Of a stretch of 64,000 nt of DNA, positions 12,543-23,303 are shown in pieces. Positions within the stretch are counted from its first letter, which is position 1. Each line of letters begins with the position of its first letter. Both the position numbers and the translations under genes were made by a program. Source of the stretch: Octopus sinensis (taxonomy: Eukaryota); contig NC_042997.1 in the NCBI RefSeq assembly GCF_006345805.1, positions 171,802,001 through 171,866,000 of the forward strand, read 5' to 3'. Under the pieces are notes generated by a model. It had not been told where the DNA came from. It was given only the letters and a program-made list of their open reading frames with translations, and did not search any database.

Positions 12543-12960
12543 CATCATCATCATCGTTTAACGTCCGTTCTCCATGCCAGCATGGGTTGGACGGTTCGAC
12601 CGGGGATCTGGGAAGCCAGAAGGCTGCACCAGACTCCAGTCTTATCTGGCAATGTTTCTACAGCTGGATGCCCTTCCTAACGCCAACCACTCCGAGAGTG
12701 TAGTGGGTGCTTTTTACATGCCACCCGCACAGGTGCCAGGAGAGGCTGGCAACGGCCACGGTCGGATTGGTGCCAGTCGAGGCGGCTCTGGCATCGGCCA
12801 CGATTCGGATAGTGCTTTTTACGTACCACCAGTCAGGGGTCCTGGCATTTGCCGGGTGCCACACTTGCCCCAACATGTCTTCGCAAGCAAAGGGGGTTGG
12901 CGTGGGTGCCTGTCGTGGGATGAGGTTCGATATCAACTTCGCTTGCCTCAACAGGTCTTT
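12543..12960 (-). mobile_element. (GAT)n-tailed SINE-like repeat, family B; mirror copy at 16110-16528; others at ~13395-13695, 26485-26955, 41665-41980, 46580-46870, 51755-52000, 52232-52420, 52735-53005, 59730-60230
   Basis: Shared core GTGGTTGGCGTTAGGAAGGGCATCCAGCTGTAGAAAC, internal ~45-bp TGCCGGTGGCACGTAAAAAGCAC subrepeats, and a GAT tail. Confidence 0.85.
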
Positions 12961-13871
12961 GTGTATAAATGTATAAATTTTTCGCACTAAATTCTTTCCG
13001 TAGAATTTATCAAAAAACGCGCAAAATTATTCCGTAGAATTTATCAAATTAAAAAACGCAAAATTAATATATTTTTTGAAATTGCAAATTATTTAGAATA
13101 TAAAACAAATGAAGTTAAATTTTTAAAATAAATGTCATATACTTATACTCTGTAAGGTGCTGTGTTCACACTTCAATTTACTATTTTCTAGAAATGTTGC
13201 TTTTCCAATTGAAACAATTTTTCTCAATCTCCATTTAAAAGTCCATAATGCCTCTTGAACCATATCAAAATGAACAACTTTGAATTACGCGGCGGTGGTG
13301 GTGGTGGTGGTGTGAGGTTCTAATTTTTTTTTCTGATCTCTCTTTGCCCCCCTAGATGGAGGTGTGGTGGGGAGACAGATGAAAGATGTTTCATTCATCA
13401 TCATCATCATCATCGTTTAACGTCCGTTTTCCATGCTGGCATGGGTTGGACGGTTTAACTGGGGTCTGTGAAGCCAGAAGGCTGCACCAGGCCCAGTCTG
13501 ATCTGGCAATGTTTCTACAGCTGGATGCCCTTCCTAACGCCAACCACTCCGTGAGTGTAGTGGGTGCTTTTTACGTGCCACCAGCACGGGGGCCAGGCGA
13601 GGCTGGCAACGGCCACGATCGGATGGTGTTTTTTACGTGCCACTGGCACGGGGGCCAGGCGAGGCTGGCAACGGCCACGAACGGATAGTGCTTAAGTTTT
13701 TATCATAGAACTAGGGGCAGTTTCAGGTGGGTTGGTGCCAAAAGGGTTAACCCTTTTGTTACCATGTCTGTTGAAATATACTGCCTTTATTTGCATTAAT
13801 TTGAAAATAAAACAAACTTTAGTAAAAGAATTCTGTCATTATGGAACCAGTAACTGGAAAATAAATTAACA

Positions 13872-14275
13872 TGGCGCAGGAGTGGCTGTGTGGTAAGTAG
13901 CTTGCTAATCAACCACATGGTTCCGGGTTCAGTCCCACTGCGTGGCATCTTGGGCAAGTGTCTTCTGCTATAGCCCCAGGTCGACCAATGCCTTGTGAGT
14001 GGATTTGGTAGACGGAAACTGAAAGAAGCCTGTCGTATATATGTATATATATATAAGTGTGTGTGTATATGTTTGTGTGTCTGTGTTTGTCCCCCTAGCA
14101 TTGCTTGACAACCGATGCTGGTGTGTTTACGTCGCCGTCACTTAGCGGTTCGGCGAAAGAGACCAATAGAATAAGTACTGGGCTTACAAAAGAATAAGTC
14201 CCGGGGTCGATTTGCTCGACTAAAGGCGGTGCTCCAGCATGGCCGCAGTCAAATGACTGAAACAAGTAAAAGAGT
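13872..14275 (+). mobile_element. tRNA-derived SINE, family C, inserted in a TTAA-type MITE; copies at ~21230-21780(-), 23490-23845, 31160-31510(-), 31914-32325, 54325-54490, 62905-63312(-)
   Basis: Head GGCGCAGGAGTGGCTGTGTGGTAAG...GGTTCAGTCCC, CORE-like CTTGGGCAAGTG segment, internal TA/TG microsatellite, and GTAAAAGA tail. Confidence 0.85.
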
Positions 14276-14671
14276 ATGGAATTTTTTGATGGAAGAATTT
14301 TAGATTATGTTAAAGCAAGAAGTTTGTCTGAAAGAACTAGATGGGTCTCAGGTGGGTTGGTGCCAAAAGGGTTAACCGTTTTGTTACTCTATTTCTGTTG
14401 TAATATACTGCCTTTGTTTCAATTCAAAATAATGAAGAATTTAGTGGAATAACTTTTCTTGATAATCTTGTGTTTGGAACATGAATTAACATGAAATTTT
14501 AATGGAAGGTTTTAATTTAGGCCTTTTATCACTTCAAAATTATAAACTTTGTCACATGGAACCAGGAGGAATCTCAGGCAGAGTTGGTATCAAAAAGGTT
14601 ACTAAGGAATTAATAATAATATAAATAAATAAAATGGAAATTTTTTTTGAAAAATAGTTTTTTTCTTCCAT

Positions 14672-15506
14672 TTATTTATGCGGCTTTTGTGTGTGTTTTG
14701 TAAGAACTCTCCTAATCTGAATATGTAAGAATCCTTTTAGTCTGACTGGAATCGGTAGTTCTTTGACGCAACTCAAGATCTCTCGGTCACCACGAATCCC
14801 TAACAGATAGTTCCGATATACTGACGACAGGACAGGACAATGTCCAAGGGGAGGATCTCATGCTTTTCAACCATTCATGGAATCGTGATTGTTCTTCTTT
14901 TTGGCCTGGTAAATCAATCAACCTTCTTGGTTTAGGTTCCAACCAGCTTGGACCAGAAAAACGTGCAGCTTCAAAGCAACCATTCCAGACAAGCCAACAA
15001 AGTGGAGAGTTTCTGTTCGGACTGTGGTGTGATACTTTGGCACCAGCGCCAATAAGGATCCGGAGAGAGGAGACAGGTACCACCTGCCCCATAACACAGG
15101 TGCACGCTGTAGAATGCAGAGGTGTGAAGCCACGACTGTCTTGGCAGTTGATGTAGGCACCAAATTCTAGCAAGCGGCTGATTATCCTATCAGATTCTTC
15201 ACGGCTACACCGTGCATACTGTATCTTGTGCAACGCCGTCAACCGATCATTGCTCTGCGCATTAACATTTGCACCCTGTCGCAGCAAAATGTCAACAATC
15301 ACGTAGCTACCGATAGATGCTGCCTGCAGCAATGGTGTTTCATGGTTCGGTGATACCACATGAATATTGCAACCAGCTTTTACCAATTCTAAGGTGATGG
15401 CTTCAGATCTGCGAGCGACGGCTAGATGTAAGGGATAATCTCCTCTTCTGTTAGGCTGGTTTAAGCTTACCCTCTCCGTTTCCAAAAGCATTTTTACCAT
15501 TTCCAA
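14672..15506 (-). pseudogene. Ankyrin-repeat and SOCS-box (ASB-type) protein coding region; frameshifted in this sequence (pseudogene or assembly indels)
   Basis: About five ankyrin repeats (GDYPLHLAV, HETPLLQAA, RLTALH, GFTPLHSTA, RNSPLCWLV). Joining frames gives ...AARF-LVQAGWNLNQE... and a SOCS box PWTLS-x-CRQYI-RNYLLGIRGDREILSCVKELPIPVRLKGFL. Stop at ~14672. Confidence 0.85.
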
Positions 15507-15714
15507 ACACTTTATTCTCTTATATATATATATAGATAATATATATATATATATATCTATATATATATATATTATATATATATATATATATTTCTTAAAC
15601 CTACACGATATAGTCTATAAATTTGGGATGTTTTGAAAGATAATATATTTTGTCATCAGAATATATATACTTTCTCACACTACAATTAAGATATATTTAT
15701 TTAAATCGTTCATC

Positions 15715-15747
15715 TTTTCCCGCGACAACAAAAATTGGGCGCGAAAA
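15715..15747 (-). promoter_or_regulatory. Paired inverted E2F-like sites upstream of the ankyrin-SOCS region
   Basis: TTTTCCCGCG (15715-15724) and GGCGCGAAAA (15738-15747) both match the TTTSSCGC consensus. A minus-strand ATG lies at 15713. Confidence 0.45.
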
Positions 15748-18175
15748 TTAGAACCTCACACCACCACCACCACCGCCGCCGCGTAATTCAAAGTTGTTCA
15801 TTTTGATATGGTTCAAGAGGCATTATGGACTTTTAAATGGAGATTGAGAAAAATTGTTTCAATTAGAAAAGCAACATTTCTAGAAAATAGTAAATTGAGT
15901 GTGAACACAGCACCTTACAGAGTATAAGTATATGACATTTATTTTTAAAATTTAACTTCATTTGTTTTATATTCTAAATAATTTGCAATTTCAAAAAATA
16001 TATTAATTTTGCGTTTTTTAATTTGATAAATTCTACGGAATAATTTTGCGCGTTTTTTGATAAATTCTACGGAAAGAATTTAGTGCGAAAAATTATACAT
16101 TTATACACAAAGACCTGTTGAGGCAAGCGAAGTTGATATCGAACCTCATCCCACGACAGGCACCCACGCCAACCCCCTTTGCTTGCGAAGACATGTTGGG
16201 GCAAGTGTGGCACCCGGCAAATGCCAGGACCCCTGGACTGGTGGTACGTAAAAAGCACTATCCGAATCGTGGCCGATGCCAGAGCCGCCTCGACTGGCAC
16301 CAATCCGACCGTGGCCGTTGCCAGCCTCTCCTGGCACCTGTGCGGGTGGCATGTAAAAAGCACCCACTACACTCTCGGAGTGGTTGGCGTTAGGAAGGGC
16401 ATCCAGCTGTAGAAACATTGCCAGATAAGACTGGAGTCTGGTGCAGCCTTCTGGCTTCCCAGATCCCCGGTCGAACCGTCCAACCCATGCTGGCATGGAG
16501 AACGGACGTTAAACGATGATGATGATGAGAAGAAATTAATTCATTAAGTTTACCAAATATATACGTCTGTAAAAAAAAAAAAGTTTCACAAATTATATAC
16601 GTTCGCGTTTGTGTAAAAAAAATTATTAACCAAGTTTTATAAATTATTTACTTTGTTCAAAAAATATTATTAATATTATTAATTTTCAAGAATTATTTAA
16701 TTTATATAATTAATTCATTAATTTTATTCTGTAAAATAGTAATTAATTCATTTATCTGTAAATCCGCGAGGAAAGCGACTATGTAATTTTTTTGTGTAAA
16801 ATTGAAAATGTTATATATACCACACACACACACACATATATATTTTTAGTGAAATCCAACACCTTTTTTTTAGGGGGGGGTAACGCGCATGCGCAAGTCA
16901 CCTCGTAGGATCTCGAGTATCGAGTACCTACGTCTGGCGCGCGCGCGCGCGAATTCGCGTGTGAGAAACCGGGACCACGACAATAGACAAGTACCTTTTT
17001 GAAGTAATATACATACATATACACATACACCGAGTAAAAAATTTCAGTTATCTCTCTCTTTCACCCATTACTCTCTCTGTCTCTTCACACACACTAACAG
17101 AAGCACTTCACTTACATAACATACTGTCTGTCTCCCACACCCCATCAAACACACACACACACACATGTATATCAATGCTTGCCATGCACGGTAACTTCAA
17201 AAGAACTTCCCTCGTCATAAAATCGCTTTCTCTTAGTCTCTTTCGCTCTCATTACTTCAAAAGTTCCCGCAAGCCCATATGTAAAAAAAAAAAAAAATTT
17301 TTACGGAAATCGACGGAAAAGTCTACTAGAGACGAAAGATTGCCATTTTTTCTTCTACGGAAGGAAGAGCAAGCCTTCTATCATACTCTAAATTTTGGTC
17401 AACTTGCGCCGCAGGGTCACGGAGGAGATAGTGTTAGTTGAAGGCTACCAAACCTGCCATACGCAGACAACTTCAGCTTTATATATAGAGAGATTAATGG
17501 CCCTTTTACGTTTGTGGTCACCGAGGACTGCTTGACGAGAATTATCCTCATAGAAGACTTCATTAAAAGACAGTCAAACCGCTTCAGACAGGGTTGTGTT
17601 GATATTAAGCTAGGCGACTCTTTAGATAGAAAGCAACAATTGTTTTTAATCACATTTATAATTAAGAGGAATTTTATTAATTTAAAATGCCATTAATACG
17701 ATTTTCTTAAAGTTTTAGTAGATTAACTGATAATTGAAACCATTCTCGTATGGGAAAAGTATATGCCCCCCCTCACTTTTAGTATTCACCTGTTTGATAC
17801 AAGGAAAATAACGAGTGTGTATAAAGTATATACGCACTTGTATATGGATATGTGTGTATAATACATAATTTTACTTTCTTCCATAATATTCACTATATTA
17901 GACTACCATACACCTCAATTATACACACATTACTGCCTTTCTCTCCAACACACCTTTGTATTAAATGTCATTAAATATATATTTATGAGAGCACGTGTGT
18001 ATATTATATATATATAATATATAAACCGTATAGTGTATGTGTGTATATATGTTGTACATAGCTTATGTGATTATATATATCTCAATATACCTACATTTTT
18101 TTTTTTTACCGCATCCCAGAAGTGAAAGTAATTCGTCAATGTATGCACTACGGAGTTCAAAATTCGGTTAATATA

Positions 18176-20472
18176 GGGCGTTACGTCTATCAGAAAATCA
18201 AAAAAAAAATGTGTGTAATAGGTGTAAAAGAACTTCCTATGAACGAATATGAAAAAAAAATTCGCGCACGCGAAAGGGGGGTGGGGGAGAGGCCTCGGAA
18301 AATTCACATCGGGAAGTTCTGAAAGCGTCTGAGGGGCTGACCCGGGCACCAAAACAAAAAAAAAAATAGTGTAATATGTGTAAAACAACTTGCTCTAAAC
18401 GAATATGACAAAAAAAAATGCGCTCTCGCGAAAGAGGGGTGGGGGAGAGGCCTCGGAAAATTTATATCGGGAATTTCCGAAAGCGTCTGAACCGGGTACA
18501 AAAACAAAAACAGCGTAATAGGTGTTAAACAACTTGCTCTAAACGACTATCATGAAAAAAATGCGCGCTCGCGAAAGGGGGGTGGGGGAGAGGCTTCGGT
18601 AATTTCACATCTTCAGTCCACGGCCTTTAAACTAAGTAAAAATAGTGTAATTGGTGTAAAACTACTTGTTCTAAACGAGTATCAAGAACACACACACATG
18701 AATCATAAACTCTGTATTTTTGTACATATTTCGCAAAAAAAAAAAAAATAAAGAGAAGAAATTCTGGAAAAAGTGAAGAAATGTTGGATCTCCGCCATGT
18801 GAATCAAAATACGTGTCAGAAACATCTTGAAATACTACAGAAATTATGTTACGAAAATGATAATGTATACATACCTCTTTGAGTGGTCCATCGGCAATGA
18901 TGATAAAGAAATGAGTTGGATTTGAACTCAGAATATTGACTAACACAACTACATACTACAAGACTCAAAATATTCAGCCAAGTCACCCCCCTTTAACTAG
19001 CAATAATAATAACATCAATAACATAACAGCCAAAGGATTTATTTGTTCTGAAAATAACAATCATAGTAAATAAATATGTTCTTTAATATTCACATTCATG
19101 TGCACAGTTAAACACACTTACATACAAACAGTCACGCATGCATAATACAGAACGGAACACATAAATGAAGGATGCATTACTTAGTATATACTAGCAGTAT
19201 CGCCCGGCGTTGCTCAGGTTTGTAAGGGAAATAACTATAAAGCATTTTTAGAGAGTTATAGCAAAAAAATGGAAAAAAAATAATGGTAAATTTTTTTTGA
19301 GAGTTAAAAAAGGTGGAGTCCCCTAGACGGTCTGTGGTTTGGGTTTCTGATTCTCGACCCCATGTCGAATTTATCGATTTTTTTCAGAACTGGGGGAACT
19401 TTTCAAAATTTTCGCTGCGTTAGTTTTGAATTATGACATTGGGCTATGTGTGTGTCAAGTTTCATCAGAATCGGTTGAAAGCCGTGGTCAGAGTGAGGGT
19501 ACGAGAAAACAGACACACAGAAAACGCACAGACAAACTGCCGTTTATATAGAGAGAGATTACATCTAGAGAATTTTGATTAATAAGTCAAATATGCAAAT
19601 TATAAAGATAATTAATTGCTTTACTAAACAGTGTTGTAAAGGTGAAAAAATAAATTTGGGAAAAAAATACACGCCAAAACTAATTAATAAAGGATAATTA
19701 GGGAAGGATTGACACAAAATAATAATTTTTTCTGTCTCTTTTTTTCTGATAAATGCATCTTAATAAGTGAGAAGAATTGCATATATCTGAACTATTTCAA
19801 AGAAAAGCATAAATTTAATGTTTAAAATAGCTTTAACCAAGGAATGAGATCCAACATTTCTTCACTTTTTCCAGAATTTCTTCTCTTTATTTTATTTTTT
19901 TTGGGGTGGGGGGAAATATGTACAAAAATACGGAGTTTATGATTCATGTGTGAGTGTGTGTTCTTGATACTCGTTTAGAACAAGTAGTTTTACACCAATT
20001 ACACTATTTTTTCTTAGTTTAAAGGCCGTGGACTGAAGATGTGAAATTTCCGAAGCCTCTCCCCCACCCCCCTTTCGCGAGCGCGCATTTTTTTCATGAT
20101 AGTCGTTTAGAGCAAGTTGTTTAACACCTATTACGCTGTTTTTGTTTTTGTGCCCGGTTCAGACGCTTTCGGAAATTCCCGATATAAATTTTCCGAGGCC
20201 TCTCCCCCACCCCTCTTTCGCGAGAGCGCATTTTTTTTGTCATATTCGTTTAGAGCAAGTTGTTTTACACATATTACACTATTTTTTTTTTGGTTTGGTG
20301 CCCGGGTCAGCCCCTCAGACGCTTTCGGAACTTCCCGATGTGAATTTTCCGAGGCCCCTCCCCCACCCCCCTTTCGCGTGCGCGAATTTTTTTTTCATAT
20401 TCGTTCATAGGAAGTTGTTTTACACCTATTACACACATTTTTTTTTTTGATTTTCTGATAGACGTAACGCCC
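18176..20472. mobile_element. Fold-back element with ~620-bp modular TIRs, flanked by TATA
   Basis: 18176-18792 is the reverse complement of 19846-20472. Ends are GGGCGTTACG...CGTAACGCCC. Each arm holds three ~150-180-bp subrepeats with CGCG...GGGGGTGGGGGAGAGGCCTCGG. Confidence 0.85.
19191..19558 (-). mobile_element. Non-autonomous Helitron inserted in the fold-back spacer
   Basis: A|CTAGCAGTATCGCCCGGCGTTGCTCAGG (reverse complement of hairpin + CTAG) and TTTATATAGAGAGAGA|T at the other end. Confidence 0.8.
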
Positions 20473-22257
20473 TATATTCTCTATATATCGAGAATTTTGT
20501 ATGGATGCGTGGGCGAATATAATTCCGGCTGTCCTTTATCTAGAATGTTCGGAAAATGAAATATTTAAATTACGTCAAACAGTCTTTTACGACTCGATGT
20601 GTTTCTGCTGGAATTAAACCACCAGGTTCATATTTGAGGCAGTTGACGGGAAGTGTTGTGGGGTTCGTATTTAATTTTAAAATAAATTTATAAATTGGAA
20701 TATCCGAATTTACACGGATATATATAAACGTACGAACATATGTATGTACGTACTATGTTTGTTGTAAGTTGTATATATGTGGCCATAAGTGGTTCTATTT
20801 ATCTATCTTTCTGTCTAATTTCTATCTATCTACACACACAGGCACTTACAAATGTATATAATATAGAGGTATTTTCTAGAAATCAATGAATCGGAAAAAA
20901 GCAGACACTTATTGGTTAATTAAGTGGATAGGTAAAATAATATAAAATAGAATATTCTCAAGTATACATATATGTATATACAGGTGCAACATGGATTTTC
21001 TGAAACCTTTGGTTCCAAAGCCATTCCAGATTACTAATTTTTACCAAACCAGGGGTGGTTACACTCTAAATTAAACAAATATTAAATTTCCTTAAATTAT
21101 TTTATGAAATACAAGAACCTGTACATAAGTATAAATTATACAAGTTCATAAATACTGTATTGTGACAGTTAAGCCTGGCGAACACTGGATGTTTTTATTT
21201 CTGATCATAAATTAGTGCGACCTGTGTGTTGGTAGGTCTTTTACTTGTCTGTCAGTTGACTGCGGCCATGCTGGAGCACCACCTTAGAGGGTTTTTTAGT
21301 CGCAGAAATCGACTCCGGGACTTATTCTTCGTAAGCCTAGTCGGTCTGTTTTGCCAGAGCGTTACGACACATAAAAACATATATGACAAGCTTCTTTCAG
21401 TTTCTTATTTCTTTACCCGCAAGGGGCTAAACAAAGAGAGGACAGACAAAGGGATTAAGTCGATTACATCGACCCCCAGTGCGTAACTGGTACTTTATCG
21501 ACCCCGAAAGGAGGAAAGGCAAAGTCGACCTCGGCGGAATTTGAACTCAGGACGTAACGGCAGACGAAATACGGCTACGCATTTCGCCCGGCGTGCTAAC
21601 GTTCGTCCCAGCTCGCCGCCTTACGCTTCTTTCAGTTTCCGTCTACCAAATCCACTCGCAAGGCTTTGGTCGGCCTGAAGTTATAGTAAAGGACATTTGC
21701 CGAAGGTGCCACGCAGTGGGAGTGAACCCGGAATCATGAGGTTGGAAAACAAGCTTTTTACTACACAGCCATACCTGCAACAAAACAGGAAATTGAAAAT
21801 TTTTGTTATTTATTTATTATTACATATGTTTCATTTGCCTTTAGTAATTACAAAGTTTTATATGTTAGATAGACATGGAAGGTATTTCCAATTAGAAATT
21901 AGATGATGTGTGTGTGACCAGATTAGAAGCACCAAAGAAAACGAATGACACCATCTCTACCAAGAAGAAATCTTCCCAGATAGTGAGGCACGACCAACAA
22001 GGACCTGGGCAAGCTGGGACAGTATACAGCAGAAGAACACTTGCTCAGATCCTCAGGTGGGCTGATATCCTGTGCATCAGATTTCTTCTTATCGGGGCTG
22101 TCTACAATACTTTACTAAGCTTAACCCTTTAGCATTTAAACCGGCCATATCCAGCCCAAATATTCTACCTGTTTTATGTTCAAACTGGCCAGTCACACCA
22201 ACCCTACGAATATCAGGAGCTATGTGATAATGCATTAATAATTCAAAAAATGGGCGA

Positions 22258-22520
22258 GGGCGCATGGCTCAGTGGTTAGAGCGTAGAACTTACGATCGTG
22301 AGGTTGTGAGTTCGATTCCCGGACCGGGTGTGTGTTGTGTTCTTCAGCAAGAAACTTTATTTCACGTTGCTCCAGTTCACTCAGCTGTAGAAATGAGTTG
22401 CGACATCACTGATGCCAAGTTGTATTTGCCTCTTTGCCTTTCCCTTGGATAACATCAATAGTGTGGAGAGGAGACGCTGGTATGCATGGGCGACGGCTGG
22501 CCTTCCACAAAACAATCTAA
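22258..22520 (+). mobile_element. tRNA-derived SINE, family D; related copies at 50675-50965 and 60450-60780
   Basis: TGGCTCAGTGGTTAGAGC A-box and GAGTTCGATTCCC B-box, followed by a CORE-like TGTGTTCTT.AGCAAGA segment rather than a tRNA acceptor end. Confidence 0.75.
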
Positions 22521-22826
22521 TCGACATTACCTGTATAAGTGTATCATATGCCACAGAGCCAGCCTGGGGCTATAGCAGAAAACACTTGCTTAATAGGACA
22601 CAGTGGGACCAAACCTTTGACCCTATAATCCGGAAGCAAGCTTCCAAATTATACAGGCATAGCTGTGTGGTAAGACGCTTGCTTTAAAACCACATGGTTC
22701 TGGGTTCAGTCTCACTGTGTAGCATCTCAGGTATCTTCTACTACAGCCTCAAGCTGACCAAGATCTTGTGAGTGGATTTGGTAGAAACTGAAAGAAGCTC
22801 GTCTTATATATATATATATATATTTA

Positions 22827-23118
22827 TATATAGAGGGCATTATACATACATGCCAGAAGGCATTATACATACATGCCAAACGCTAAGAGGGACAATCAGT
22901 CTTTCTACCACAAAATATTACTAATCATCAGCAGGCTGATGATTACGTAAGTATGAAATCACTGTGATACAGGTCTATATTTTTAAATGTCTTACTTTGA
23001 AAAATTGCATTCGGTGGGATTAGTAATATTTTTGGTAGAAATGACTGATTGTCCCTCTTAGCGTTTGGCATGTATGTATAATGCCTTCTGGCATGTATGT
23101 ATAATGCCCTCTATATAT
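22827..23118. repeat. ~100-bp inverted repeat with an internal 22-bp duplication and a hammerhead-like core in the spacer
   Basis: 22827-22926 is the reverse complement of 23018-23118. CTGATGA...GAAATCACTGTGATA lies at 22936-22969. Confidence 0.7.
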
Positions 23119-23247
23119 AATTAATATGTTCAATAAGAAATAATTATTTTCGAAATTTTTCTCTTATGAGGTTTTTACGCTATCTACCTGACAATTTCTT
23201 GTTAAGTTTTCCTTATTAAGTAGTTGTCCTTAATTGCTAATATATAT

Positions 23248-23303
<56 letters not shown>

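Larger units (their letters stand above)
12080..16995. mobile_element. Non-autonomous long-TIR (fold-back / Pack-type) DNA element carrying an ankyrin-SOCS-box gene
   Basis: Arms 12080-13327 and 15744-16995 are near-identical reverse complements. Ends read GGTACTTGTCTATTGTCGTGGTCCCGG. Flanks are (C)TTTTGAAG and (T)TTTTGAAG. No transposase is present inside. Confidence 0.85.
11992..17344. mobile_element. GGCRAT-ended MITE (~440 bp when empty) hosting the 4.9-kb element in its left TIR
   Basis: TIR GGC(G/A)ATCTTTCGTCTCTAGTAGAC...GCGGGAACTTTTGAAGTAAT. Perfect 8-bp TSD ATTTTTTC (11984-11991 and 17345-17352). The body matches 6668-7121. Confidence 0.85.
11765..17494 (-). mobile_element. Non-autonomous Helitron split by nested insertions (pieces 11765-11991 and 17345-17494)
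   Basis: The left piece starts with the reverse complement of the Helitron 3' hairpin and terminus (ACTAAGCAGTATCGCCCGGCGTTGCTCGGG). The right piece ends TTTATATATAGAGAGA|T (a TC 5' end on the minus strand). Confidence 0.75.

Noticed and set aside
12574-12990. 138-aa ORF and its mirror at 16146-16496 as cargo genes
   Set aside because: They lie wholly within a SINE-like repeat, and similar peptides (FLQLDALPNANHSESVVGAF) recur at every copy with frameshifts.
12080-16995. Polinton/virus-like element or pure assembly fold-back
   Set aside because: There is no polymerase, integrase or capsid ORF and no AG..CT ends with a 6-bp TSD. A simple chimera would not give a target duplication and a restorable host-MITE TIR, though read-level confirmation is still needed.
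22258-22330. tRNA gene (also 50675, 56303 and 60450)
   Set aside because: A/B boxes are present, but the sequence continues into a SINE body with no proper acceptor stem or terminator.
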